DNA from: Candidatus Nomurabacteria bacterium | Lineage (GTDB): Bacteria; Patescibacteriota; Minisyncoccia; Phycocordibacterales; UBA9973 | Length of the DNA stretch: 64,000 nt | Direction of reading: 5' to 3' | Assembly (NCBI GenBank): GCA_023267215.1 | Contig: JAHFNS010000002.1 | Span: forward strand, 192,892 to 256,891 | Shown: positions 17,545 to 26,386 of the stretch, piece by piece | Position numbering within the stretch: the stretch's first letter is position 1 | Layout: each line of letters begins with the position of its first letter | Translations under genes and position numbers: made by a program | Notes under the pieces: generated by a model | Databases searched by the model: none | What the model was told of the DNA's origin: nothing | The model's input: only the letters and a program-made list of their open reading frames with translations

Positions 17545-20064
17545 ATGAAAAAAGGATTCAGAAAAATAGGTATCCCAAAAAATTTGTTATGGTTTGTGAC
17601 TAGTTTTTTCATTTTGATAATTGGAATAGGAATTATTTGGGTTTCTTCTTTTAAAATACCTGATTTTCATTCCTTCGAAGATAGAAAAGTTATAAACTCT
17701 ACTAAAATATATGATCGCACTGGACAAATTTTACTTTATGATATACACCAAGACATAAAAAGAACAAATGTCCCTTTCGAAAAAATGAGTAGCAATATTA
17801 AAAATGCTACTGTCGCCATAGAAGATTCTGAATTTTATAATCATGGTGGAATAAGAATAACCTCTATAATAAGAGCTGTTTTGTCTAATTTATTTAATAC
17901 CGGAAACAAAACTCAGGGTGGTTCAACCATCACTCAACAGTTAGTCAAAAATACTCTTCTCACTCAAAAACAAACCATCACTAGAAAGATAAAAGAATGG
18001 GTCTTGGCAATAAAAATAGACAACTCTATGCCTAAAGAAAAAATTCTAGAATACTATTTAAACGAAAATCCTTATGGTGGAAACGTTTATGGCATAGAAG
18101 AAGCATCTAAAACTTATTTCAACAAAGATGCTATTGATCTCAATCTAGCAGAATCTGCTTATCTAGCGTCTATTCCACAATCTCCAACTACTCTTTCTCC
18201 TTATGGGAAAAATAGAGAAAAGCTAGATGCTAGAAAAAATTTAGTTCTCTCTAGAATGTTAGAACTTAAATTTATCACCCAAGCAGAATATGATATCGCA
18301 AAAAATCAAATCGTAAATTTTGCTCCTCAAGCTACTACTGGCATTAAAGCACCTCATTTTGTTTTTTTTATAAAAGACTATCTTGAACAAAAATATGGAA
18401 GTGAATTAGTTGAGAAAGGTGGATTAAAAGTCACAACCTCTCTTGATTATGACCTACAAGAAAAAGGAGAACAAATAGTAAAAGATGGAGCACTCGAAAA
18501 TGAAAAAAATTGGAATGGGAAAAATGCCGGCCTTGTAGCCATAGATCCAAAAACAGGACAAATCTTAACCATGGTTGGTTCAAGAAACTATTTTGATAAA
18601 CAGATAGATGGAAATTTTAATATTACAACAGCTTCTAGACAGCCAGGCTCTTCTTTTAAGCCTTTTATTTACGCTACAGCCTTCAATAAGGGGTTTACGC
18701 CGGATTCTGTACTCTTTGACCTACCAACAGAATTTCAAACCACATGTAACGCTTATGGCAAAGCTCTCCCAGGACATAGTCAGAGTGATTGCTATATGCC
18801 AAGTGATTATGATAATAAAACAGTTGGACCAATATCGCTTCGTGATGCATTGGCAGAATCAAGAAACATTCCAGCTGTAAAACTTTTTTATCTAGCAGGA
18901 CTTAAAGATTCACTTCAAACAGCACAATCTATGGGCATTAGTACTTTGACTGATATAAGTCGTTACGGACTTACTCTTGTTATCGGGGGTGGTGAAGTAT
19001 CTCTTTTAGATATGACTTCCGCTTATAGTGTCTTCGCAAATGATGGAGTTAGAAATCAATATACAGGAATCTTAAAAGTTGAAGACATGAATGGAAAAGT
19101 TTTAGAAGAATATGTTCCTAATCCAAAAGAAATTTTACCTAAAAATACCGCTCTCACTATTTCAGATATTTTGTCAGATAATACAGCTCGTATTCCAACT
19201 TTTGGTGCTTCTTCTCCCCTTTTTATCCCTGGCAAAGATGTAGCAGTAAAAACAGGAACTACAAATAGTAATAAGGATGCGTGGACGATAGGATACACTC
19301 CATCAATAGCTGTTGGTGTTTGGGCTGGAAATAACGACAACAAGCCAATGAAAAAAGGTGGTTCGGCTGTTGCAGGTCCTATTTGGAATAAATTTATTAT
19401 TGAAGCTTTAAAAATACTACCAAATGAAAAATTTGAAAAACCAAATTTAGATATCGATCCAAAAGTAGTAAAACCAATATTGCGTGGTTATTGGCAAGGA
19501 AATGAAAACTTTTTTATAGATAAAATCTCTGGAAAATTGGCAACCGAATTTACACCCAAAGAAACTTTACAAGAAAAAGTAATAACAAATGTGCATTCTA
19601 TTTTATATTGGGTAAATAAAAATGACATTTTAGGAGCACCGCCTACAGACCCAAATAGTGATTCTCAATTCAGTCATTGGGAAATACCAGTGCAAGATTG
19701 GTGGGCAAAAAACAGTGGAAAATATGCAAAAACAACTTGGGCAGAAAAACCAGGAGCCGTAGACGACATTCACTCAAACACATCCACTCCAATTGTCTCA
19801 ATAATAGAACCCGACACCACAACGATTTATCCTCGTGATCAAAAAATACAAGTTAAAATTTCAAGTTCTGGAAATTTTCCACTTCAAAAAATAGATGTTT
19901 TTATAAACAACACATTTATAGATACAATTAAAAGTCCTTTTGATTTTTCCTTCACTCCGGAAGAATTAGATAATCTAAAATCAGAAAATGAATTAAAAAT
20001 AATTTCCTACGACACAGCTTACAATCGTGGAGAAACTAGTGTGATTTTTAAGGTAAATCAATAA
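17545..20064 (+). CDS. Class A penicillin-binding protein (transglycosylase/transpeptidase) with C-terminal extension
   Basis: GT51 motif EDSEFYNHGGI. Transpeptidase SxxK (GSSFKPF), SRN and KTGT motifs. N-terminal TM anchor. Confidence 0.9.
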   Translation: MKKGFRKIGIPKNLLWFVTSFFILIIGIGIIWVSSFKIPDFHSFEDRKVINSTKIYDRTGQILLYDIHQDIKRTNVPFEKMSSNIKNATVAIEDSEFYNHGGIRITSIIRAVLSNLFNTGNKTQGGSTITQQLVKNTLLTQKQTITRKIKEWVLAIKIDNSMPKEKILEYYLNENPYGGNVYGIEEASKTYFNKDAIDLNLAESAYLASIPQSPTTLSPYGKNREKLDARKNLVLSRMLELKFITQAEYDIAKNQIVNFAPQATTGIKAPHFVFFIKDYLEQKYGSELVEKGGLKVTTSLDYDLQEKGEQIVKDGALENEKNWNGKNAGLVAIDPKTGQILTMVGSRNYFDKQIDGNFNITTASRQPGSSFKPFIYATAFNKGFTPDSVLFDLPTEFQTTCNAYGKALPGHSQSDCYMPSDYDNKTVGPISLRDALAESRNIPAVKLFYLAGLKDSLQTAQSMGISTLTDISRYGLTLVIGGGEVSLLDMTSAYSVFANDGVRNQYTGILKVEDMNGKVLEEYVPNPKEILPKNTALTISDILSDNTARIPTFGASSPLFIPGKDVAVKTGTTNSNKDAWTIGYTPSIAVGVWAGNNDNKPMKKGGSAVAGPIWNKFIIEALKILPNEKFEKPNLDIDPKVVKPILRGYWQGNENFFIDKISGKLATEFTPKETLQEKVITNVHSILYWVNKNDILGAPPTDPNSDSQFSHWEIPVQDWWAKNSGKYAKTTWAEKPGAVDDIHSNTSTPIVSIIEPDTTTIYPRDQKIQVKISSSGNFPLQKIDVFINNTFIDTIKSPFDFSFTPEELDNLKSENELKIISYDTAYNRGETSVIFKVNQ

Positions 20065-20067
20065 AAG

Positions 20068-20100
20068 AAAAGCGTACATATTTCGTACGCTTTTTGTTTT
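20068..20100. terminator. Intrinsic terminator AGCGTACATATTTCGTACGCTTTTT
   Basis: 7-bp stem plus T-run directly after the PBP stop. Also faces the convergent minus-strand gene. Confidence 0.7.
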
Positions 20101-20522
20101 TAAACATTTCGACAAACTAAGTCTCTATTATGATCTTGGGATATATAACCAGATTCCTCAAAATCATCGAGAAGAGATCTAAGGGCTTCAATATCTTTGT
20201 CAGACATACATTTATAGTGTTCTTTGGCAGAACTAAAGATTTTTTCTCTCCTTATCGCCTGCCCTACTTTAACACTATTCATTATTTTTTCAAACCATTC
20301 AGGAACGACCACTTTTCCTAATATCTTTTTTCTTTGTATGGCAAAATGGTCTGCATAACACACAATATTATTACCCCTAAATTCAGTGAAACCCACAAGT
20401 AAAATAGGCTCTACTCTATCATTTGAAAATATTGTTCTAACAGAAAGTTTCTTTCTGTTTAATAGTTTTTCCAAACGACGACTTTCTTTATCCCCTGTGT
20501 GAAAAAATACCATTTCTCCCAT
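20100..20522 (-). CDS. Hypothetical protein
   Basis: ORF only. Confidence 0.35.
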   Translation of the reverse strand: MGEMVFFHTGDKESRRLEKLLNRKKLSVRTIFSNDRVEPILLVGFTEFRGNNIVCYADHFAIQRKKILGKVVVPEWFEKIMNSVKVGQAIRREKIFSSAKEHYKCMSDKDIEALRSLLDDFEESGYISQDHNRDLVCRNV

Positions 20523-20578
20523 AAAGAACCTCTTTTTTTGATTTAAATAAATGATATCCTTAAAGTAGGAATTGTCAA

Positions 20579-21034
20579 CTACTGAATATTCAACTTAAAA
20601 ACTTTACAAATATCACTAGATTCGTCTTTCGTTTTTCGATACAACACCCATTTATTTTTTAAAAGAAATCTTTCAACTAATGGATTATCCGTACAAGTTA
20701 AAATAAATTTCTCTTTTTTATTTTTTATATATTCCAAACGTTTTTCATATAACGTATTATATATGCCTTGTTTACGGTATTCTGGTAACACAACAGCACA
20801 GCAAAACCAAGGCAAACCATTATCAATTTCATCAGGGCTTGCATTATAACTGACAGCCCCTAATCCAATAATATTATTTCCATCAAAACATCCAATAATA
20901 TATTCCGATTTTTTTAATTCTTCTAGTGGATCTACGGGATAATCAATACCCCAAGAATATTTTCGGATAATTTCAGCACACTCTTTTAAGAGTAGGCCTG
21001 TTTTGTATATTTTTTTACAAGTAAACATAAACAA
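20579..21034 (-). CDS. GNAT-family N-acetyltransferase
   Basis: Acetyl-CoA binding-like segment PEYRKQGIYNTLYEKRLEYI. ~150 aa. Confidence 0.55.
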   Translation of the reverse strand: MFMFTCKKIYKTGLLLKECAEIIRKYSWGIDYPVDPLEELKKSEYIIGCFDGNNIIGLGAVSYNASPDEIDNGLPWFCCAVVLPEYRKQGIYNTLYEKRLEYIKNKKEKFILTCTDNPLVERFLLKNKWVLYRKTKDESSDICKVFKLNIQ

Positions 21035-21036
21035 AA

Positions 21037-21294
21037 TTAAACTATTTTTTTAGGAGCTTTTTTACCTAAAGATTCTTCTAGTTTTGAATTAATTAAATCT
21101 TTTTTAATTAAAATTTCATTTTTGTAGATTGGTTTTATATTTAAATAAATAGTGTTGTTTTTTATTTTTATGTCTTCAGATTTAATTTCCAAACCTATAA
21201 TTTCTTTTAAAATATTTAAAGTAGCATTCTTTTTTATTTCTTCAGAAAGAAGTAAATTACTAAACTTCAATAATAAATCTTTTATTTCTATCAT
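21037..21294 (-). CDS. Small protein downstream of dnaN, DUF721-like
   Basis: 85 aa. Position immediately after dnaN. Hydrophobic periodicity resembling DUF721 proteins found in dnaN-recF neighbourhoods. Confidence 0.4.
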   Translation of the reverse strand: MIEIKDLLLKFSNLLLSEEIKKNATLNILKEIIGLEIKSEDIKIKNNTIYLNIKPIYKNEILIKKDLINSKLEESLGKKAPKKIV

Positions 21295-21337
21295 AATTTT
21301 TCCCCTCTCCTTTATAAGGAGAGGGCTAGGGTGAGGT

Positions 21338-22435
21338 CTATCTATTCATTGGCATAATAAGATAAGTAAAAGAATTATCAGAAGCACCTGAAATGACCAT
21401 GGGTTTTGAAGGTTGATTTAATTTAATAGAAATACTATCTGAATTCATAGACTGGAAGCAATCTAAAAAATATTTATAATTAAATCCTAAATTTATTTCT
21501 TCCCCTTTTATAGCAGCATCTAAATATGTTTTATTTTCTCCAACATCGTTATTTTCAGAGGAAAGCTCAAAAACCTTTTCTTTGGGTGAAATTTTTAGAT
21601 TTATTTGATTAAATTTATCTGAAAAAATGTTTGAAATTTTAAGAGCATTTAAAAGATCTTGTTTTAAAACAACAGCTTCTGTTTTAAATTCTTTAGGTAT
21701 GATTTGTTTATAATCTGGGAAAATTCCATCGATCACCCTAGATGTAAGATAAACCCCATCAGAAGAAAAAGAAATTTGGTTTTTGTTAAAACAAACCTTA
21801 ACCACATCTTGTATTTCTCCAAAGATTCTCAATATTTCCGGTATATTTTTAAAAGGAATAAGTATTCCCCCAATCTCTTCTATCCCCTTAATTTTTACTT
21901 TTTTTTCTGCCAATCTAAAAGAATCCGTTGAAACAAAAATCAAATTATCTTCGTTGGAATATATATAAACACTAGAGATCTCTGGTTTTATATCAGAAAC
22001 AGAAGAACTATAATAAACACTTTTTATCCCTTCTATTAATTTCTTAGATTCCATCTCAAAAGTATTTCCTAAAACTTTTGGTATTGTTGGAAAATCATCA
22101 TACATCTGACCTTTTAATTTTATTCTATTTTTTTTAGTTTTAATTAGTAAATTTCCATCTTCACCATCAAGATAAATATTCTCATTTTGAAAAATATTAG
22201 AAAATATACCAACTAATATTGTGCCTGAAATGGCTACAACACCCTCTTTTTCAATTTTGGCTGGAATTTCTATCTCCACACCTAAACTCAAATTAGTAGA
22301 ACGAAGTTTTAATGTTTTTCCAGAAGCAATAAGTAATATAGAATTCAGAATAGGCAGGGTTAAATTTTTACCTGTTATTTTTTCTACTTGAATAATTGCA
22401 CTTTTTATTTTTTCCACATTGCATTCTAGTTTCAT
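21338..22435 (-). CDS. dnaN: DNA polymerase III beta sliding clamp
   Basis: 365 aa, three-domain clamp pattern, N-terminus MKLECNVEKIKSAI. Directly downstream of dnaA. Confidence 0.9.
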   Translation of the reverse strand: MKLECNVEKIKSAIIQVEKITGKNLTLPILNSILLIASGKTLKLRSTNLSLGVEIEIPAKIEKEGVVAISGTILVGIFSNIFQNENIYLDGEDGNLLIKTKKNRIKLKGQMYDDFPTIPKVLGNTFEMESKKLIEGIKSVYYSSSVSDIKPEISSVYIYSNEDNLIFVSTDSFRLAEKKVKIKGIEEIGGILIPFKNIPEILRIFGEIQDVVKVCFNKNQISFSSDGVYLTSRVIDGIFPDYKQIIPKEFKTEAVVLKQDLLNALKISNIFSDKFNQINLKISPKEKVFELSSENNDVGENKTYLDAAIKGEEINLGFNYKYFLDCFQSMNSDSISIKLNQPSKPMVISGASDNSFTYLIMPMNR

Positions 22436-22683
22436 ATGTTTATATATTATATATTTAATTTATTAATACTATTAAGACTGTGAATAAGTGGATAAATGAA
22501 TTTTATATATATAATATATGACTACTTTGTAATTTATTTTTATATTATATATATATTATCTTTTCCTAAAAATATATTTATTTTTTTTAAACACACTTTT
22601 GTTAATTTTTATACTATTTTATCAACAAGCCTTACTTTGATTAATACTACTTTATAACTATCTTATGATTTGTTTATCAACAG
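22436..22683. promoter_or_regulatory. Probable oriC: AT-rich unwinding region (TATATATA runs) plus DnaA-box-like 9-mers between dnaA and dnaN
   Basis: One-mismatch DnaA boxes GTGGATAAA (~22487), TGTGAATAA (~22478), TTATCAACA (~22650 and ~22672). Extreme AT content with alternating TA tracts. Confidence 0.6.
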
Positions 22684-24054
22684 CTATTTAAACAGGATTC
22701 TTATTTGTTCCAATTCTTGTAATAATTGTGGGTCGTTTTTAATATCTTCTTTTATTTTTAAATATGAATGTATGACTGTCGTGTGGTCTTTTCCTCCCAA
22801 TTTTTGTCCTATTAATGGATAAGAGACATTAAAATCTTCTCGAAGTAAATACATTACTACTTGTCTTGCTTTGACTATTTCTTTTCTTCGAGTTTTCTCA
22901 TAAATAGATGCTTCTTCTAGAGAATAATAATCGCTAACTGTTTTTACAACATCTTTTATTGCGACATTTTTTTTAGGTTTAATGTTATTTTTTAATAAAG
23001 CTTTAACTTCAGACACTGAAAGAACCTTATTTTTTAAGCGATATTGGCAGATTATAGTATTTAAACTACCTTCAAGTTCACGAATATTTCCTTGAATTGC
23101 CCCAGCGACGTATTCCATTATTTCTTGATCTAATTCTATTCCCGCTTCTCTTAGTTTCATTTTTAAGATTGCTAGACGAGATTCATATTCTGGCTCAGAA
23201 ACGTCTACAATCATTCCAGCTGCAAACCTAGATTTAAGTCGATCAGCTAATTCGGGAATATAATTTGGATGTTTGTCGGAAGAAAAGATGATTTGTTTGT
23301 TGTTTTCGTAGAAAGTGTTAAATGTGTGAAAAAGTTCTTCTTGAATTTTTTCCATTTTACCAATGAATTGGATATCATCTATAATCAAAAGATCATATTT
23401 ACGATATTTTTCCTTAAAAGAATTTGCTTTATTGTTTTGTAGAGAATTTATAAAATCAGTAGCAAATTTTTCTAAAGTTAAATAATGCACTTTTTTATTT
23501 GCATACTTGTCTTTTATAGAATTTCCGACAGCCTGGAGTAGGTGTGTTTTACCTAAGCCTGTTCCTCCGTAAACAAAAAATGGATTATATTTAGTACCAG
23601 GGTTTTCTATGATTGCCTGAGAAGCTGCATAAGCTAGCTCATTAAATGTTCCAACAATAAATGAATCAAAACGATAACGCGGATTTAAATTATCTTCTGG
23701 ATTGATATATAAGTCTCTTAAAGGTAATTCTTTATTTACATAAACTTCGTTAACCTTATTAACAGTCGGTTCTTGTTTTATAGCTTCTATTTTGGTAATA
23801 ACATACTCCACAGCTCTCATATTTTCATAGACATCAGCCATGGTTTTGGTTATTAATTTATGATATTTGTTTTTTAGCCAATCACGCACAAACTCGTTTG
23901 GCACTCCGACAAATATTATTCCCTCTTCTTCTTTTAGAATGCATGTATTTTTAAACCAAGTGCTAAAATTTGCCTTAGAAATACCTCCTTCTATTTCAAC
24001 TAAACAATTTTTCCACAGTTGCTTCGTATCCATGGGTAGGATTATACTACACAA
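22684..24054 (-). CDS. dnaA: Chromosomal replication initiator DnaA
   Basis: AAA+ Walker A GGTGLGKTHLLQAVGN. Walker B LLIIDDIQF. C-terminal DnaA-box binding HTH (GGKDHTTVIHS). Confidence 0.95.
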   Translation of the reverse strand: MCSIILPMDTKQLWKNCLVEIEGGISKANFSTWFKNTCILKEEEGIIFVGVPNEFVRDWLKNKYHKLITKTMADVYENMRAVEYVITKIEAIKQEPTVNKVNEVYVNKELPLRDLYINPEDNLNPRYRFDSFIVGTFNELAYAASQAIIENPGTKYNPFFVYGGTGLGKTHLLQAVGNSIKDKYANKKVHYLTLEKFATDFINSLQNNKANSFKEKYRKYDLLIIDDIQFIGKMEKIQEELFHTFNTFYENNKQIIFSSDKHPNYIPELADRLKSRFAAGMIVDVSEPEYESRLAILKMKLREAGIELDQEIMEYVAGAIQGNIRELEGSLNTIICQYRLKNKVLSVSEVKALLKNNIKPKKNVAIKDVVKTVSDYYSLEEASIYEKTRRKEIVKARQVVMYLLREDFNVSYPLIGQKLGGKDHTTVIHSYLKIKEDIKNDPQLLQELEQIRILFK

Positions 24055-24189
24055 TTTTTTTATGCAATTTTTAAAAACTTATTAACTATGTTGATAAACT
24101 GTTGATAATTAAAAACGTTTAAATTTTCCTTTGTTGGGTGTATGGGTTTTGGGGTTGTATTATTTTCTATGTTGTTATAGAATGGTGGT

Positions 24190-24324
24190 ATGTCACAAAC
24201 ATATCAACCTAAAAAAAGAAAAAGAGCTAAAGCTCATGGATTTTTAGTCAGATCAAAGAGTAAAACAGGGCAAAAAGTGCTTTTAAGGAGAAGAAGAAAA
24301 GGACGAGCCAAGCTTTCAGTTTAA
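24190..24324 (+). CDS. rpmH: 50S ribosomal protein L34
   Basis: Translation [44 protein letters not shown]. Not in the ORF track (too short). Located upstream of rnpA as usual. Confidence 0.9.
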   Translation: MSQTYQPKKRKRAKAHGFLVRSKSKTGQKVLLRRRRKGRAKLSV

Positions 24325-24329
24325 TAAAG

Positions 24330-24656
24330 ATGCTTCCTAAAAAAAATAGAGTTGATAAGAAAGGAATAGACCTTGTCTTTAAAGAAGGAAGGTTTATTAA
24401 TTCCCCTCTTTTTACATTTAAATTTATTTTAAATAATAAATTTCTCGAATCTCGTATTTCTTTTATCGTCCCTAAAAGTATAGCTAAACTGGCAGTCGAG
24501 AGAAATTCATTAAGAAGAAAAGGATATTTAGCGTTAGAAAAACATATAAAAGAATTTTCGTCTCATATTTTAGCCACTTTTATTTTTAAAAAGAAAGAAG
24601 AAGATATTTCAAAAATTGAAAATGAAATTAAAAATATTCTCAACAAAATTAATTAG
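24330..24656 (+). CDS. rnpA: RNase P protein component
   Basis: 108 aa basic protein directly after rpmH. Conserved order rpmH-rnpA-yidD-yidC. Confidence 0.8.
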   Translation: MLPKKNRVDKKGIDLVFKEGRFINSPLFTFKFILNNKFLESRISFIVPKSIAKLAVERNSLRRKGYLALEKHIKEFSSHILATFIFKKKEEDISKIENEIKNILNKIN

Positions 24657-24870
24657 CTTTTATCAAAAAATTATAGCCCCTCTTTTAAAAAAATTTTTAG
24701 AGAGTTTTGGGTTATTAAGAAACAATTCTTGCACTTTTTATCCTACTTGTTCAGAATATACCAGAGAAGCTATAAAAAAATATGGTATTTTAAAAGGTTC
24801 TTTTCTTGGTTTTTGGCGAATCCTTCGTTGTCATCCTTGGCAAAAGAATCACATTGACCCACTAAAGTAA
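24616..24870 (+). CDS. yidD: Membrane protein insertion efficiency factor YidD (true start probably an internal Met)
   Basis: Motif CTFYPTCSEYTREAI...RILRCHPW. Confidence 0.85.
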   Translation: MKMKLKIFSTKLISFYQKIIAPLLKKFLESFGLLRNNSCTFYPTCSEYTREAIKKYGILKGSFLGFWRILRCHPWQKNHIDPLK

Positions 24871-24972
24871 AAAACTAGAGTAGTGCTTTTTCACGGCTCG
24901 CACTCGAACCTGACAATGGTTTACAAAACTAATATTGCGTATGCCGAAAAAAGCACTACTCTAGTTTTTTTA
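24868..24972. repeat. Conserved-core hairpin element, copy 1
   Basis: Stem arms AAAAACTAGAGTAGTGCTTTTT / AAAAAGCACTACTCTAGTTTTT enclose the conserved ~55-nt core (tcACGGCTCGCACTCGAACCTGAcAATGGTTTACaAAacTAATATTGCGTATGccg). Sits directly after the yidD stop. Confidence 0.7.
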
Positions 24973-24996
24973 TCTGTTTTCGTATAGAATGAAAGA

Positions 24997-25755
24997 ATGC
25001 TGTCAAACATTTGGAATACTATCTTATATGCTCCACTTTTAAACGCTTTGGCGTTTTTAGTTTCTATTGTACCCAATGGGGATATTGGTATTGCCGTCAT
25101 TTTACTCACTATTTTTGTAAAAGTGATACTATTTCCTCTTTCTCAGCGTTCAATCGAAAGCCAAATAAAGATGAATTTACTTGCCCCGGAACTTAAAAAG
25201 ATAAAAGATAGTGGTACCTCAAAAGAAGAACAAGCCAAACAAACATTCGAACTTTATAAACACCACAAGACTAATCCTTTTTCTGGTTGTTTGTTGATTT
25301 TAATTCAAATCCCAATTATTTTTGCTCTATATTATGTTTTCTTAAAAGGAATAAATTTAGACGGAGGGATGCTTTATTCTTTTATTCATGTTCCAGAACA
25401 TATAAATATGAATTTTTTAGGAATTTTAGACATCAGCCAGAAAAATTTATTGATTTTAGCAGTACTTGCTGGATTGTCTCAATATTTCCAAGCGCTTCTT
25501 ATGCCTAAACCTATTGTTTCTGAAAACAAAGATGGTTCTTTTCAAGAAAATTTTACCAAGAGCATGCATACTCAAACAAAATACGTTTTTCCTTTTTTAA
25601 TTGGCTTTATTGCTTATAACGTTTCTGGAGCCGTTGCCTTGTATTGGATTACGAGTAATATATTTGCTATAGGTCAGCAAATTTATGCTAATAAAAAGAA
25701 AAAATTAGCCCTAGAAAACGCCAAGGATGTTTCTTGGAAAAATTCTCTTAAGTAA
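24997..25755 (+). CDS. yidC: Membrane protein insertase YidC (short Gram-positive-like form)
   Basis: Multi-TM protein with conserved YidC/Oxa1 core. Follows yidD. Confidence 0.85.
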   Translation: MLSNIWNTILYAPLLNALAFLVSIVPNGDIGIAVILLTIFVKVILFPLSQRSIESQIKMNLLAPELKKIKDSGTSKEEQAKQTFELYKHHKTNPFSGCLLILIQIPIIFALYYVFLKGINLDGGMLYSFIHVPEHINMNFLGILDISQKNLLILAVLAGLSQYFQALLMPKPIVSENKDGSFQENFTKSMHTQTKYVFPFLIGFIAYNVSGAVALYWITSNIFAIGQQIYANKKKKLALENAKDVSWKNSLK

Positions 25756-25769
25756 CATCTTTTAAATTT

Positions 25770-26300
25770 ATGAATAAAACAGAGATACAAAATTTAATAA
25801 AAGAACTTATAGATAAAACTACCATATCAGTAAATAAAATCTCTATTGATGAAGATAGGCCAACAACCTTAAGTGGAGATGAAAATAATACCATTTGGTT
25901 TGGAGTTGAAGTGAGTCAGCCACATTTCTTTTGGGATCGTGGTGGTGAAGCGCTTTTTGCCTTAAATCACATTGCTCGTAAAATAATTGAAAACAAAACT
26001 TCCCCTAAGCTGGGCTTAGGAGAGGGTTCTATTAAGCCTAGCTTGGGGGCACAAGGGTTAGGAATTTTAATAGACATAAATGGCTTTCAAAAAAAACGCA
26101 TTGAAAACATTCACGCGATAGCCCATATGATGGCTGAACGGGCTAGGTATTTTAAGTCAAATATAGAAATAGATCCAATGCCCGCTTTTGAACGTAGAGT
26201 AGTGCATGAATTTTTATCTAATGCTACTGATCTAAAAACTGAATCAGAGGGTGAAGGATACGCTCGTCGAGTAGTTATCAAATACACAGGGACAATTTAG
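25770..26300 (+). CDS. jag: Jag/KhpB R3H-domain RNA-binding protein
   Basis: C-terminal R3H-like ERRVVHEFLS. Conserved position after yidC. Carries an in-frame family-1 hairpin insertion (SPKLGLGEGSIKPSLGAQ). Confidence 0.75.
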   Translation: MNKTEIQNLIKELIDKTTISVNKISIDEDRPTTLSGDENNTIWFGVEVSQPHFFWDRGGEALFALNHIARKIIENKTSPKLGLGEGSIKPSLGAQGLGILIDINGFQKKRIENIHAIAHMMAERARYFKSNIEIDPMPAFERRVVHEFLSNATDLKTESEGEGYARRVVIKYTGTI

Positions 26301-26304
26301 AATT

Positions 26305-26384
26305 CACCTCATCCCCCGCCTTCTCTTTGTAAAGTAGAAGGAGCAAAAACCCTCTCCTTTATAAGGAGAGGGTAGGGTGAGGTT
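26305..26384. repeat. Composite structured element: outer stem ACCTCATCCC/GGGTGAGGT enclosing hairpin CCTTCT...AGAAGG and family-3 hairpin CCCTCTCCTTTATAAGGAGAGGG
   Basis: Seen directly in the sequence, between convergent jag and the first gene of the island. Near-identical family-3 unit at 21302-21337 and 44484-44521. Confidence 0.6.
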
Positions 26385-26386
26385 CT

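Noticed and set aside
20579-21294. GNAT acetyltransferase plus adjacent small upstream ORF as a GNAT-toxin/antitoxin pair
   Set aside because: The 85-aa protein sits directly after dnaN, where DUF721-type proteins are commonly found. It has no RHH/HTH or DUF1778-like features. The GNAT is more simply a RimI-like housekeeping acetyltransferase.
24891-24947. Conserved ~55-nt core interpreted as a tRNA-like or tRNA-fragment sequence (reverse strand contains GGTTCGAGTGCGAGCC)
   Set aside because: No cloverleaf can be drawn. The apparent T-loop-like GGTTCGA is not flanked by a complementary stem. Similarity to tRNA 3' ends is limited to about 10 nt.
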